Assembly (NCBI GenBank): GCA_022821385.1
Contig: JAJEDR010000009.1
Coordinates: 4,884 to 68,883 of the forward strand
Length of the DNA stretch: 64,000 nucleotides
Source of the DNA: Rhodothermales bacterium
GTDB lineage: Bacteria; Bacteroidota; Rhodothermia; Rhodothermales; Bin80
Reading direction: 5' to 3'
Shown here: positions 1 through 10,874 of the stretch, piece by piece
Position numbering within the stretch: position 1 is the first letter of the stretch
Layout: every line of letters starts with the position of its first letter
Translations under genes and position numbers: made by a program
The notes under the pieces: model-generated
What the model was told of the DNA's origin: nothing
The model's database searches: none
The model's input: only the letters and a program-made list of their open reading frames with translations

Positions 1-40
1 TGTGAAGAAAAATCTCGTTTCATGACTCAGCAGTCTCAAT

Positions 41-748
41 CTATTCAGGCCGCTTGGCCAAGGTGTATGTTGTCAGTAGGAAAGCAAATCCTGTTAGAGA
101 CACGTAGTACAGAACGTCCCGCGTATCAATGACACCACGCATAAGGTTCTGGAAGTGATAATCTGCTCCTAGGTATTGCATGATTACTCCTAGTTGACCG
201 GGCACAAAATCTGTGATTTTGTCGAGCAGAAACAGGACGAATATGATCGCAAACCCCAAGATGAATGCAACGATCTGATTGCGGGTCAAACTGCTGGCCC
301 AAATACCGATAGCACCGTAGGTGGTGCCCAACAGAAAGAGCCCCAGGTATCCCCCGACAGTTCCGCCTAAATCCAGGTCGCCGAGTATGGCCAGTGTGAG
401 CGCGTATACAAAGGTTAGTGCGATAGCCAATAGCAACAGGAGCGCTACCGAGAGAAGTTTACCTAGAATGACCTGCCAGTCACGTATGGGTAGTGTCAGT
501 AGCAATTCTAATGTTCCTGCACGGCGCTCTTCGGCAAATGACGACATTGTCAAGGCCGGCATGAAGAAGAGGAATATGAAGGGAATAATCGAAAATACAG
601 AGTGAAGTGAGGCCACATTCTGCAAGAACAGGGCGTTGCCGAAAAACCATCCGGTGATGGCCAGGAATACGCACAACACAACGTATGCTGCGGGCCCGTC
701 AAAATAGGCCCTTAATTCACGCTTCGTGAGAGTCCAGGTTTGGTTCAT
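41..748 (-). CDS. ABC-2 type transporter permease (GldF-like)
   Basis: 235-aa ORF that is hydrophobic throughout with multiple predicted TM spans. The N-terminus MNQTWTLTKRELRAYF is typical of ABC-2 exporter permeases. It lies directly downstream of an ABC ATPase gene on the same strand. Confidence 0.75.
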   Translation of the reverse strand: MNQTWTLTKRELRAYFDGPAAYVVLCVFLAITGWFFGNALFLQNVASLHSVFSIIPFIFLFFMPALTMSSFAEERRAGTLELLLTLPIRDWQVILGKLLSVALLLLLAIALTFVYALTLAILGDLDLGGTVGGYLGLFLLGTTYGAIGIWASSLTRNQIVAFILGFAIIFVLFLLDKITDFVPGQLGVIMQYLGADYHFQNLMRGVIDTRDVLYYVSLTGFAFLLTTYTLAKRPE

Positions 749-794
749 TATTGATAATTAAAACGTCGTACTTGGAAGTAGATCTCGTCGGTGT

Positions 795-1718
795 TCACCC
801 GCCGGTCAACTGACGGAAAACATCTTCCAGGTTCTCATGTCTCCTGGAGAGGCCGGTGAGCGTCCATCCATTGTTGACCGCCAACCGGAACAGATCGGCT
901 CGAATATCGCTCGTGGAATTCAGGTTGAAGTATGCTTCTCCATTGGAACTTGTGCCGTGCTCCACAACTTCGGCCATATCCCAGGCACCGAGCACCCCTG
1001 CAACATCTTCCTCATCATCCATCAGTGTAACTGAGACATGCTCGCCCGCCGAGAGATTTGTTTGGAGTTCTTCGGGGGTCCCGTCGGCCACCAGTACACC
1101 GTTGTCGATGATGATAACACGGTCACAGGATGCCTGTACTTCGGGTAGGATGTGTGTCGAAAGTACGACTGTCCGCTCCTTCCCGATGGTTCGAATAAGT
1201 TCGCGAATTTCCACAATCTGGTTGGGATCTAGTCCACTTGTTGGCTCGTCCAGAATCAGGATTGGCGGGTTATGAATCATAGCCTGCGCGAGGCCTACAC
1301 GTTGTCGAAAGCCCTTGGATAATGTATCTACACGCTTTGAGAGGACTTCCTGCAGACCGCATGCGTGTGTCATTTCTGCGATACGGTCGGCACGATCATC
1401 TTTCTGAACGCCGCGCATTGCAGCAACGAATTCCAGATAATCGTAGGTGACCATATCCGAGTAGAGTGGCGTGCTCTCGGGCAGATAGCCAATTTGCTGA
1501 CGCACTTCAAGTGTGTTTTCGCGGATGTCCATGCCATCAACAAAGACAGTTCCCTCATTGGGAGGGAGGTAACCGGTCATTACTTTCATGGTTGTGGTTT
1601 TTCCAGCGCCGTTCGGACCCAGAAAACCAACCACTTCCCCTTGGTTCACTTGAAAGGATATTGAGCGCACGGCCTGAACAGGGCCATACGATTTGCTGAG
1701 ATTTCTAACCTCGATCAT
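795..1718 (-). CDS. ABC transporter ATP-binding protein (GldA-like)
   Basis: Walker A GPNGAGKTT, ABC signature LSKGFRQR and Walker B ILILDEPTSGLD are present. The start was moved to the internal ATG at 1718 (MIEVRNLSKSYG); the ORF-track start at 1772 looks like an upstream extension. Confidence 0.9.
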   Translation of the reverse strand: MIEVRNLSKSYGPVQAVRSISFQVNQGEVVGFLGPNGAGKTTTMKVMTGYLPPNEGTVFVDGMDIRENTLEVRQQIGYLPESTPLYSDMVTYDYLEFVAAMRGVQKDDRADRIAEMTHACGLQEVLSKRVDTLSKGFRQRVGLAQAMIHNPPILILDEPTSGLDPNQIVEIRELIRTIGKERTVVLSTHILPEVQASCDRVIIIDNGVLVADGTPEELQTNLSAGEHVSVTLMDDEEDVAGVLGAWDMAEVVEHGTSSNGEAYFNLNSTSDIRADLFRLAVNNGWTLTGLSRRHENLEDVFRQLTGG

Positions 1719-2305
1719 GTGACAAGTTGGATCAAAAGCCGCTTTTACGCATCCTGGCAAATGCTGTGCCAAGAAGGCGTGTGCGCACGAAAACGTTTTA
1801 GAGACCGAGTTTAGTCTACGATTGGAACGCTAGGGCTGCCTTGTGCACTAAAAAACTCGCATAATGAGCTCTTATCCACGAACCTTGCCGTCATTTTATC
1901 TGTTATTTTGGCAGGTCGGGTGTGACAAATTAGGTTAAATGTTCAAGCGTCGTCGCGGCATTTCCGTTTTTCGCGTTCTTACTTCTTGGGGCAATCGAGG
2001 CCAGGATGGTCAGCCAATCACCCTCCATGCGCCGGGGCACAACCTGGCGATCGAGGTCGGAATCATTCGCTCAAACAGTCATGTACGACTAATCGGCAAC
2101 CCATGAGCCAAGCCAAGCCGCCGAGCCACGAATAGCCCACTGGACTAATCGCCTCGGGTGCAGTTACGTGGACCTGATTCACAATGCGGTTCCAACCGGC
2201 ACCTTGCACTGCACAGTGCCGTTCGCCCGTGACGCTGACGCTACCGCCCAGCACCCTCAAGCGAAGCGCTCCTGTTCTGCAAGGAAGGCGCAGGATCCTT
2301 TAGAC

Positions 2306-3211
2306 ATGGCGCCGCGTTGTTTTGGATATAGCACTGTGTTTTCCATGCCTATGGCCGTCATATTGATCTTCGTATTCCAGGTCGCAGCAGGACAGACCTT
2401 CGACATTCAGGGACACAGAGGTGCCCGGGGCCTTTTGCCAGAAAATTCCACTGCCGGCTTCCTGCACGCGGTAGATCTCGGCGTCTCCACGCTTGAGATA
2501 GATGTAGTTGTCGCCGGTGACTCTACGGTTGTTGTATCTCACGAACCCTGGATGCTGGAGACGATCTGCAGCGACACAGACGGCCGTGCCATAACCGATG
2601 GCGAGAGCTACAACATCTTCAGAATGTCCTATGAAGCCGTGGCCCAGTACGACTGTGGCAAGCGCGGGCACCCCGGCTTTCCGCGTCAGGAAAAGCAGGC
2701 CGCTGTAAAGCCACGACTTTCGGAGATGATCAACGCCGTTGAGTCTCACGCGGCGGAGCGCGGCATGAACCCGCTTCGCTACAACATTGAAATCAAGTCA
2801 CGCGAGGAATGGGACGACATCTATTCGCCGCCTCCGCCGGTGTTCGCGCGGCTTGTGCACGAGGTAGTAGTCCGCACAGGTATCATTGGCCGAACAACAA
2901 TCCAGTCGTTTGACCTTCGTTCGCTCCAGGCCGCGCACAGAATCAGCGCGGACTGGGAGCTTGCAGTGCTTGTGCATTCAGACACGGATCTGCCGGCACT
3001 GCTCGACCGGCTGGAGTTCACTCCCCAGGTTTTTTCGCCCAATTACCGGATAGTTGATGAATCACTGGTGCAAGCTGCGCACGACCTCGGAATGCGTATC
3101 ATACCCTGGACCGTAAATGAGGTCTCGGATATGAAGCGAATCATGGCGATGGGGGTAGACGGTCTCATCACAGACTATCCGGATCTTGCGCTGACTCTAT
3201 CCGACATGTAA
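2306..3211 (+). CDS. glycerophosphodiester phosphodiesterase family protein
   Basis: Contains the GDPD signature FDIQGHRGARGLLPENS...LEIDVVV...VVSHEPW. The likely start is the ATG at 2306, which gives a signal-like N-terminus; the ORF-track start at 2168 adds 46 non-conserved residues. Confidence 0.85.
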   Translation: MAPRCFGYSTVFSMPMAVILIFVFQVAAGQTFDIQGHRGARGLLPENSTAGFLHAVDLGVSTLEIDVVVAGDSTVVVSHEPWMLETICSDTDGRAITDGESYNIFRMSYEAVAQYDCGKRGHPGFPRQEKQAAVKPRLSEMINAVESHAAERGMNPLRYNIEIKSREEWDDIYSPPPPVFARLVHEVVVRTGIIGRTTIQSFDLRSLQAAHRISADWELAVLVHSDTDLPALLDRLEFTPQVFSPNYRIVDESLVQAAHDLGMRIIPWTVNEVSDMKRIMAMGVDGLITDYPDLALTLSDM

Positions 3212-3721
3212 ACCGGGCAGCCGCTCGATCTCCCATCGGCCTCGATTGCCGGGCCGAGGAGTGCTCGCAGCTGCTGGTTCTCTTCGGGTCTAAGCGTCGG
3301 CCAAACAAGTTCGAGACGCTGACCGAAGTAAAGCCGTCTGCGCATCGACGCGGAGAACTTCCAGTGATCCTGACACGATCACAGTATGCATCGGTACGTT
3401 CCCCCTTGTCTGGCTACGATTAGAATTTGAAGCCGCCGACTGCATTTCTTAAATGTCGTTGGACACTGCAAATGGCAGAGAGTCCATGTACAAAGTGGAT
3501 ACTATAGTCGGATCATCCTTTCCGCCTCAACAATCTATGGAGTTCCATCTGTTGTAGAGTTGGACAGACTGGCTACTGTACAGAATCGGTGGATAGGTTT
3601 TTTGAACGAGGAGCGCGAGAAGACAGTATTTTTCGCGTCAGGCCGTGTCAAGGGCAGGGGGAGTGGCAACTTTAGTGCGTATACTTGGGGTGGCTTACGA
3701 ACAAGAACATCCAGACTCAAA

Positions 3722-4792
3722 ATGACTGTGTTGTATAAGCTGACCTGCCTGAATCGGCTAACTGTTTTACTGATCACGTTAGTGCTCCTTTTCGTCGGAG
3801 TTGGGTGTTCTTCAGATTCAAATACACACTCTCTGGAAGTGTTATCTCTATCAGGCATTGAGCTCCAGGATACGGAAGAGCGCGTGTGGACTGAGGTGGA
3901 GCTGCGCGAGTTATTTCGGCTGCCGGACGAATCAGATGTCGGTGAGTTGATTCTTACTCCGGGTACAGTTAGGGCAGACCGTGAAGGCAACATATATGTT
4001 GTTGACTTCTATGCTTCAACGATATACGGCTTCAACTCCACTGGTCAATACATGGCGGCTTATGGTGGAGTTGTAGGTTCGGGGCCAGGAGAATTCAGGA
4101 GAATTTTGGATATGGGGGTTATCGGTGACTCGGCCGTCTATGTGGTTGATAATCAGGCGCGAAGGGTGCTCTATTTTAGATCTGACGGGACTTATCTGCG
4201 ATCGGAGAACCTCGACTTTGCTCCAATAAGATATCGTTTCACATCGGATGGTCGATCTTATGCGATGGTGGAGGGGATGTCTCATATGTTTGAGTCTAAA
4301 AAAGGACCAGACGTTGTGGGATTCGGTGTCACGCCAAAAGGGCTTCACGGACTACCTAGCATGAGTGGACTACTCGGCATGCTAGCAACATTTGAGACGA
4401 ATCTCATCTACGTGCCTAGAATGCTCCCGATTCTCGTGCAGTACAAGTCAGATGGGACCGTTGAATACGCCCGAGGTACACCCGACTGGGGAAAAGTTCG
4501 CTTGCCTGAATGGAAAACTGTTGAAATAGCTGGTACGCAGGGATATCGTACAGAAGGGGAACGCGTTCATGGAGAGGTAAGCGCAGAAGAGGGCAAAATT
4601 TACGTCATGATCCCAGGTTCGGAATCAGACAGAGATTCGGAATTAGACGGAGCCGTTGATGTGTATGATGCCAAAACTGGCGACTATGAGCACTCATTTC
4701 GCATTGGTCAGATTAAGAGGCCTTATCTGTTAAATCAGCGCATATATGGGATTGCTTCGGATACAACCGTAGTTGTATACGCGATGGAATGA
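3722..4792 (+). CDS. lipoprotein, 6-bladed beta-propeller (NHL-like) family, function unknown
   Basis: The internal ATG at 3722 gives a lipoprotein signal, LLFVGVGCSSD. The rest is repetitive beta-rich segments (IYVVDFYASTIYGFN, VYVVDNQARRVLYF) as seen in Bacteroidota 6-bladed propeller lipoproteins. Confidence 0.55.
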   Translation: MTVLYKLTCLNRLTVLLITLVLLFVGVGCSSDSNTHSLEVLSLSGIELQDTEERVWTEVELRELFRLPDESDVGELILTPGTVRADREGNIYVVDFYASTIYGFNSTGQYMAAYGGVVGSGPGEFRRILDMGVIGDSAVYVVDNQARRVLYFRSDGTYLRSENLDFAPIRYRFTSDGRSYAMVEGMSHMFESKKGPDVVGFGVTPKGLHGLPSMSGLLGMLATFETNLIYVPRMLPILVQYKSDGTVEYARGTPDWGKVRLPEWKTVEIAGTQGYRTEGERVHGEVSAEEGKIYVMIPGSESDRDSELDGAVDVYDAKTGDYEHSFRIGQIKRPYLLNQRIYGIASDTTVVVYAME

Positions 4793-5202
4793 AACAGACT
4801 CCGGAAGAAAAACATATTTGACGGAGGCGATAAGTAGAGTGGCGTGCTCATGTGATGTTGCCATCACGCTCATTTTGTTTGCGGAGCATACCCTTCTATA
4901 AAGAATTGGAGGAGAAGTGGAGTATCCTGCAAAGCTCAATACGTACAGTGGTCGCGGTTGGTAGCCGTTCAATTCCGTTGTTTTCGCCGCGTTGGAAGTT
5001 GCTGGCTCAATTTGTTGATTCAGAAGGGACCTGCAGGGATCGCCAACATGCCGGGCTAGTCCTATAAGGGACGGATGTATGCGACTGTTGCGCAGGTACG
5101 TCTTCGTTCAACTGAACTGATTCACAGCGTGCTCCGCCCATTAGGCTTACTTTTGGGCACAGTGATTGTAGCACGGCCACGGCAAGTTTTGCTACGCTCC
5201 GC

Positions 5203-6462
5203 CTATTTTCCCAGATTCTCAACCAGTGCCTGACCGAATTGGCTGCAGCTTAGCAAGGTTGCTCCTTCCATCAGACGGTGAAAGTCATAAGTGACGCGTT
5301 TCTGGCCAATCGTCTTTTCGACCGCATTAATGATAGAATCTGCGGCCTCTTTCCATCCCATGTGCCGTAGCATCATTTCTCCCGAAAGCAGTACGGAACT
5401 CGGGTTGACTTTGTCCAAACCAGCGTACTTGGGGGCAGTACCGTGGGTCGCTTCAAACAGGGCGAGCCCCGTATCGTAGTTGATGTTGGCTCCGGGAGCA
5501 ATTCCAATCCCTCCAACTTGGGCCGCAAGCGCGTCTGAGATGTAGTCTCCGTTGAGGTTCATGGTTGCAATCACGCTGTATTCTCTGGGTCGGGTCAGGA
5601 CCTGTTGTAGGAAAGCATCCGCGATCACATCCTTGATGATTATCTCGTGTCCGTTCTGGTTAAGTACATGCCAGGGGCCGCCATCCAATGGTTTTGCACC
5701 GAATTGCTCTGCAGCAACTTTATATCCCCAGTCACGAAATGCACCCTCGGTATATTTCATGATGTTGCCCTTATGCACCAGTGTTACACTGGGCTTGCGC
5801 TCAGCAAGCGCGTACTGGATCGCAGCACGAACGATACGTTCGGTACCTTCTTCCGAAACAGGCTTAATCCCGATCCCGCTGCTTTCTGGAAAACGGATTT
5901 TGGAGAAACGTTGAGGAAAGGCCTCGCTGAATAGTTTCTGGAATTGTTGCGTGTCTTCGGTTCCGCGCTCAAATTCAATACCTGCATAAATGTCTTCGGC
6001 GTTCTCGCGGAAAATGATCATGTCAACATACTCAGGGTTCCGCACTGGAGAGGGAACACCGGAGAAGTAGCGTGTAGGCCGAACGCAGGCGTAAAGGTCA
6101 AGTTTTTGCCGCAGGGCGACATTCAGGCTGCGAATTCCCCCACCGACCGGAGTCGTTAACGGTCCCTTGATAGCAATCCGGTAGTCTCGAATGGCTTGCA
6201 GCGTATCCTCGGGGAGCCACTCGTTAAATTTTTTATGAGCTTTGTCTCCGGCATAGATTTCAAACCAGTGGATTTTGCGCTGATCGCCGTACGCATGTGA
6301 GACAGCATGGTCGAGTACATGGCGGGCGGCAGACCAGATATCCGGTCCGATCCCGTCCCCTTCAATGAACGGAATGATGGGTTCATGGGGTACCTGCAGT
6401 GTACCACCAGAAAATTGAATCGGGTTTCCCGATTTGGGCAAAGACAGATGTGTATAGGGCAT
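5203..6462 (-). CDS. icd: NADP-dependent isocitrate dehydrogenase
   Basis: 419 aa with full-length resemblance to prokaryotic homodimeric IDH, including [37 protein letters not shown] and GTAPKYAG. Confidence 0.95.
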   Translation of the reverse strand: MPYTHLSLPKSGNPIQFSGGTLQVPHEPIIPFIEGDGIGPDIWSAARHVLDHAVSHAYGDQRKIHWFEIYAGDKAHKKFNEWLPEDTLQAIRDYRIAIKGPLTTPVGGGIRSLNVALRQKLDLYACVRPTRYFSGVPSPVRNPEYVDMIIFRENAEDIYAGIEFERGTEDTQQFQKLFSEAFPQRFSKIRFPESSGIGIKPVSEEGTERIVRAAIQYALAERKPSVTLVHKGNIMKYTEGAFRDWGYKVAAEQFGAKPLDGGPWHVLNQNGHEIIIKDVIADAFLQQVLTRPREYSVIATMNLNGDYISDALAAQVGGIGIAPGANINYDTGLALFEATHGTAPKYAGLDKVNPSSVLLSGEMMLRHMGWKEAADSIINAVEKTIGQKRVTYDFHRLMEGATLLSCSQFGQALVENLGK

Positions 6463-6522
6463 CAGTTGAATAAATTGTTAGGTGGCACGAAAGTTATGCA
6501 AAGAATATCTCATCGGACCGCA

Positions 6523-7248
6523 TCAGAGCTTTCCGAAGAGAGAACGAAAACGCAATTCCCAGACCTTGAAAGCAGCTTCACGAACGATATCCCGGCTCAT
6601 CTTGCTTTGGCCTTCTGTGCGTTCGGTAAAGACAATAGGGATTTCGGAGAGGCGAAAGCCTTTCTTCCATGCACGGTATTTCATTTCTACCTGAAAGGAA
6701 TATCCGTTGCTACGGATTGCCTGCAGGTTCACAGACTCCAGGACACGACGGTGGTAGGCCACAAAGCCAGCGGTAACATCACGGACCGGAAGGCGTGTCA
6801 CGATTCGTGTGTACCATCCAGCGCCATAACTGAGTATGAGTCGACCGAGCGGCCAATCCACAACACGAACACCATGAACATACCTGGATCCAATAGCAAG
6901 GTCACATTGATCGGTCGTAATGGCTTTGATCAGTCGCGGCAGGTCATCCGGGTTATGCGAGAGATCAGCATCCATCTCACAGATAATCTGGTACTCGTTT
7001 TTAAGTGCATGCGCAAAACCGGCCAAGTAGGCGGTCCCCAAGCCCAATTTCCCTGAACGTTCTAGCAGCTTGATTCGTCCGGGGTATTCCAGTTGTGTCT
7101 GGCGAACAATATTTGCCGTGCCATCCGGCGATCCATCATCCACGACCAGCGCGTTCAGGTTGGAAGGTTGTTCCATCACGCGCTTCAGCGCGAGAGCCAC
7201 ATTTTTAGCTTCGTTGTACGTCGGGATAATGACGAGAGCTTTACCCAT
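6523..7248 (-). CDS. GT2 polyprenol-phosphate mannosyltransferase (dolichyl-phosphate mannose synthase-like)
   Basis: Contains VIIPTYNEAKN, VVDDGSPDGT and a DADLSH motif, with the length typical of the family (241 aa). Confidence 0.85.
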   Translation of the reverse strand: MGKALVIIPTYNEAKNVALALKRVMEQPSNLNALVVDDGSPDGTANIVRQTQLEYPGRIKLLERSGKLGLGTAYLAGFAHALKNEYQIICEMDADLSHNPDDLPRLIKAITTDQCDLAIGSRYVHGVRVVDWPLGRLILSYGAGWYTRIVTRLPVRDVTAGFVAYHRRVLESVNLQAIRSNGYSFQVEMKYRAWKKGFRLSEIPIVFTERTEGQSKMSRDIVREAAFKVWELRFRSLFGKL

Positions 7249-7364
7249 GAATCTCAGGACAGAACCTGCGGTTGCTGAAATTTGGGGATCACAAGCGCCT
7301 TAGAAGGGTACATACGGGCTGTACTTGTATTTTGAGCACATGATATTCCAAACATCCCGGTGAT

Positions 7365-8468
7365 ATGTCTTTGAAGGCACAAGAAGTGGCAACCCAAAAC
7401 GGCCAGCCGGATGCATCTTACGACACGATTGAGGCTAAGCTCACCTTCCGGCACTATCCAGGAGATAGATTTTCCCATGAGAGTTTAGGGCTCAGTGTGG
7501 AAGAGGTTGGTGATATTTATCGAAATATGCTGTTGCAACGGCGATTCGAGGAGCGTTCTGCTCAGATGTATGGCAGACAAAAGATTGGTGGTTTTCTACA
7601 CTTGTATATCGGTCAAGAGGCCATTTCAACCGGGTCGGCCTATGCGATCAAGCCCGGATTAGATTCAGCGATCACGGCGTATCGTGACCACGGTCTCGCA
7701 CTGGCACTCGGGATGACCTCCAACGAATGCATGGCCGAACTGTTTGGGCGGGTGGACGGCTGCTCCAAGGGCAAAGGGGGGTCAATGCATTTTTTCAGCA
7801 AGGAGAAGGGCATGTTTGGAGGGCACGGTATTGTTGGTGCACACATTCCTGTAGCTGCGGGCATTGCTTTTGCGCATATGTACAAGAGCGATGGGGGTGT
7901 ATGTATATGTTATTTGGGTGATGGTGCGGTGTGGCAGGGTTCTTTTCATGAAACACTGAATCTAGCTTCGTTGTATGGGCTTCCGGTTGTTTATGTGATT
8001 GAAAACAATCAATATGCAATGGGCACTGCGGTTGATCGCGCCACTGCCGAGACAGATCTTTTCAAGCAGTGTGTTTCTTATGCTATGCCGGGTTCATTGG
8101 TGGACGGGATGGATGTGTTCAGTGTCTGTCAGGCCATGCGTGATCACGTAGACATGGCGCGCGAGGGCCAGCCATCGCTTGTGGAAATCCGGACCTACCG
8201 CTACAGGGGGCATTCCATGAGTGATCCCGGAAAGTACCGGACAAAGGAAGAATTGGAAGCCAAGAAGAATGAAGACCCAATCCTTCGCTTGAAGAGTTAC
8301 ATCATACAGGAAAACCTCATGAGCAATGAGGCGCTCGATGTTCTGGATATGGAGGTGAAGGCCGAAGTGGCTGCATCCGTTACCTTTGCGGATGAAAGCC
8401 CGTTCCCGCCACTTGAGGACATATATGATCATGTCTACACACAAGAAGACTTTCCTTTTCTGACTTGA
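7365..8468 (+). CDS. pdhA: pyruvate dehydrogenase E1 component subunit alpha
   Basis: TPP-binding region GDGAVWQGSFHETLNLASLYGLPVVYVIENNQYAMGT and YRYRGHSMSDP. It is followed by the E1beta and E2 genes. Confidence 0.93.
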   Translation: MSLKAQEVATQNGQPDASYDTIEAKLTFRHYPGDRFSHESLGLSVEEVGDIYRNMLLQRRFEERSAQMYGRQKIGGFLHLYIGQEAISTGSAYAIKPGLDSAITAYRDHGLALALGMTSNECMAELFGRVDGCSKGKGGSMHFFSKEKGMFGGHGIVGAHIPVAAGIAFAHMYKSDGGVCICYLGDGAVWQGSFHETLNLASLYGLPVVYVIENNQYAMGTAVDRATAETDLFKQCVSYAMPGSLVDGMDVFSVCQAMRDHVDMAREGQPSLVEIRTYRYRGHSMSDPGKYRTKEELEAKKNEDPILRLKSYIIQENLMSNEALDVLDMEVKAEVAASVTFADESPFPPLEDIYDHVYTQEDFPFLT

Positions 8469-8476
8469 TTGAAGCT

Positions 8477-9460
8477 ATGGCAGAATTGCAACTTCGGGAG
8501 GCCATCCGTGCTGCGATGGTGGAAGAAATGGATCGCGACGAGAATATATTCCTCATGGGTGAGGAGGTGGCCGAGTATAATGGTGCTTACAAGGTCAGTG
8601 AAGGTATGCGTGACCGATTTGGCGATCAACGAGTGATTGATACGCCGATCAGCGAGAATGGCTTTGCCGGTCTGGGGCTTGGCGCCGCGATGAATGGGCT
8701 TCGGCCGATCATTGAGTTCATGACCTGGAACTTCGCCTTTGTAGCTATTGATCAGATTGTCAATAATGCAGCGAAGATCCGCTACATGTCGGGTGGGCAG
8801 TTTTCGTTTCCGATAGTGTTCCGCGGACCGAATGGTGCGGCGGGGCAGTTGGCAGCGACACACAACACCTCGGTTGAGTCGCTTTACAGCTGCTTCCCGG
8901 GACTGAAGGTGATTTCTGTGTCAAACCCCGATGATGCCAAGGGGCTGCTCAAATCGGCAATCCGGGACAATGATCCGGTAGTTTTTCTGGAGAGTGAGTT
9001 CATGTACGGCATGCGTGGCCAAGTGTCGGAAGCGGAGGACTATATCATTCCGATTGGTAAGGCTCGGATCGCACGTGAAGGTGACGCGGTAACCATTATA
9101 GGCCATAACAAGAGCTATTGGCGTGCACTGGAAGCCGCCGAAATGCTTGAAGCAGACGGTTATGCCGCGGAAGTTATTGATCCGCGTACTATTCGCCCGT
9201 TTGACTGGGATACGGTGATCGCGTCCGTGAAGAAGACCAACCGGTGCGTAGTGGTGGATGAGAGTAATCCATTTGCAAGTGTCTCCTCGGAGATCGCTTT
9301 CCAGATTCAGGCACGGGCCTTTGATTACCTTGATGCACCGGTTCACCGAATCACTGCCAAAGATACTCCGGCCCCGTATGCTAAAAATCTGATGGAGTAC
9401 TATCTGCCGAGTGCCGAGGATGTATACCGGGCCTGCCGCGCAGTGATGTATCTTGACTGA
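8477..9460 (+). CDS. pdhB: pyruvate dehydrogenase E1 component subunit beta
   Basis: Contains MAELQLREAIRAAMVEEMDRDENIFLMGEEV and VIDTPISENGFAG. The ATG at 8477 is preferred over the TTG at 8465, which overlaps the pdhA stop. Confidence 0.93.
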   Translation: MAELQLREAIRAAMVEEMDRDENIFLMGEEVAEYNGAYKVSEGMRDRFGDQRVIDTPISENGFAGLGLGAAMNGLRPIIEFMTWNFAFVAIDQIVNNAAKIRYMSGGQFSFPIVFRGPNGAAGQLAATHNTSVESLYSCFPGLKVISVSNPDDAKGLLKSAIRDNDPVVFLESEFMYGMRGQVSEAEDYIIPIGKARIAREGDAVTIIGHNKSYWRALEAAEMLEADGYAAEVIDPRTIRPFDWDTVIASVKKTNRCVVVDESNPFASVSSEIAFQIQARAFDYLDAPVHRITAKDTPAPYAKNLMEYYLPSAEDVYRACRAVMYLD

Positions 9461-9483
9461 CCGTATTCTAAGTGGTATTTACC

Positions 9484-10731
9484 ATGCCGATTGCAATAGA
9501 AATGCCGAAGATGACGGACACCATGGAAGAGGGTGTCCTGATTGAGTGGTCCGTTGAGGAAGGAGATAAAATTGCTGCCGGTGATGTGATTGCGCAGGTG
9601 GAGACGGACAAGGCAACGATGGATGTAGAGGCATATGATGATGGCATCCTACTCAAGAAAGTTGCTCAGGCTGGTGATGCCCTGCCGATAGGAGGGCTCA
9701 TTGCTGTTCTGGGCGAGGCCGGCGAGGATGTATCAGAATTACTGTCGTCGCATACGGCTGACGATGACACACCACATCCTGCGCCTGTTGAAACCCCGAC
9801 GGAAAAAACGCCCCCAGCCCCGGCAAACGTTGTTGCTTCCGCGGCGACCTTCACTGGGCGGGTCAAGGCTTCGCCACTTGCTAAGCGGATGGCGGCTGAC
9901 CATGGACTTCAACTGACTAATTTGACAGGATCCGGCCCGGGAGGGCGTATTATTAAACGGGATGTAGAAGCGCAAATGTCAAGGCCTCGGCTTCCAGTAC
10001 CCACGGGTGCTGATCGTGGCTTTGAAGCGGTTCGGATCTCCCAAATGCGTAAAGCAATCGCGCGCCGTTTAGCTGAGAGCAAGTACACCTCTCCACATTT
10101 CTATCTGAATGTAGACGTAAATGTGACTGCGCTTATTGCTCACCGAACTGCAGTGAATGAATATCTGGAAAAATCTGGTCGCCCCAAGGTTTCCTTTAAT
10201 GACTTTGTCACAAAGGCCAGTGCAACTGCCCTGGTACAACATCCAGATGTGAATGTAACATATGCGGCAGATGAGGGTGTGATTCGCAGGTACAATTACG
10301 TAGATGTGGGGGTAGCCGTGGCCATAGAAGATGGATTGGTCACGCCCGTGGTGCGGGATGCTCATCTAAAGAGCGTGGCAGCTATAGCTCAGGAGACCCA
10401 GGAACTGGCAGCACGTGCACGTGACCGGAAACTGACCCCGGAAGAAATGGAAGGGTCAACGTTTACTACCAGTAATCTGGGCATGTTTGGTATCGAATCA
10501 TTTACCGCAATCATCAATCCTCCGAATGCCTGTATTCTGGCTATCGGTACGATTCGCGATACACCAGTCGTGCAGGACGGCGTAGTTGTCCCGGGTAAGC
10601 GAATGAAGCTCACGTTATCGTGTGACCATCGCGCGGTGGACGGAGCAGTAGGAGCACGGTTTTTTGCCACAGTCAAAGAATTGCTGGAAAACCCAATCAG
10701 CCTGTTCTTGGAACAGGCCTTGGCGACTTGA
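9484..10731 (+). CDS. pdhC: dihydrolipoamide acetyltransferase (PDH E2)
   Basis: Lipoyl domain ETDKATMDVEA, a Pro/Ala-rich linker, an E3-binding segment ASPLAKRMA and the catalytic DHRAVDG. The ATG at 9484 (MPIAIEMPKM) is preferred. Confidence 0.93.
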   Translation: MPIAIEMPKMTDTMEEGVLIEWSVEEGDKIAAGDVIAQVETDKATMDVEAYDDGILLKKVAQAGDALPIGGLIAVLGEAGEDVSELLSSHTADDDTPHPAPVETPTEKTPPAPANVVASAATFTGRVKASPLAKRMAADHGLQLTNLTGSGPGGRIIKRDVEAQMSRPRLPVPTGADRGFEAVRISQMRKAIARRLAESKYTSPHFYLNVDVNVTALIAHRTAVNEYLEKSGRPKVSFNDFVTKASATALVQHPDVNVTYAADEGVIRRYNYVDVGVAVAIEDGLVTPVVRDAHLKSVAAIAQETQELAARARDRKLTPEEMEGSTFTTSNLGMFGIESFTAIINPPNACILAIGTIRDTPVVQDGVVVPGKRMKLTLSCDHRAVDGAVGARFFATVKELLENPISLFLEQALAT

Positions 10732-10874
10732 TTTTAGAGTCCGGGATCATAGATCGGGTATAATGACCATCACAGAAAGGGGGCAGGGTCTTCAGGCGGT
10801 TGCTGGAAAGATCTATTCCGTTTGATTACTTCGATCCAAGCGCTGCGCTGTTTTTGTAATCCAACCAGGTCCTT

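Noticed and set aside
2168-2305. N-terminal extension of the GDPD ORF, and similar extensions at 1719-1772, 3560-3721, 26077-26139, 34071-34157 and 44772-44819
   Set aside because: The extensions lack conservation-like features. Internal ATGs give proper signal peptides or canonical N-termini and tighter operon spacing.
3212-3400. 56-codon minus-strand ORF (MRRRLYFGQRLELVWPTLRPEENQQLRALLG...) overlapping the GDPD 3' end
   Set aside because: It is too short and has no recognisable family. It overlaps a well-supported gene and is probably a chance ORF.
4948-4990. tRNA-like fragments (GGTTGGTAGC and TTCAATTCC)
   Set aside because: The flanking bases do not pair into T or acceptor stems, so no cloverleaf can be drawn.
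6307-7056. 249-aa plus-strand ORF spanning the icd start and the GT2 gene
   Set aside because: It is antisense to two well-supported genes and has no motifs.
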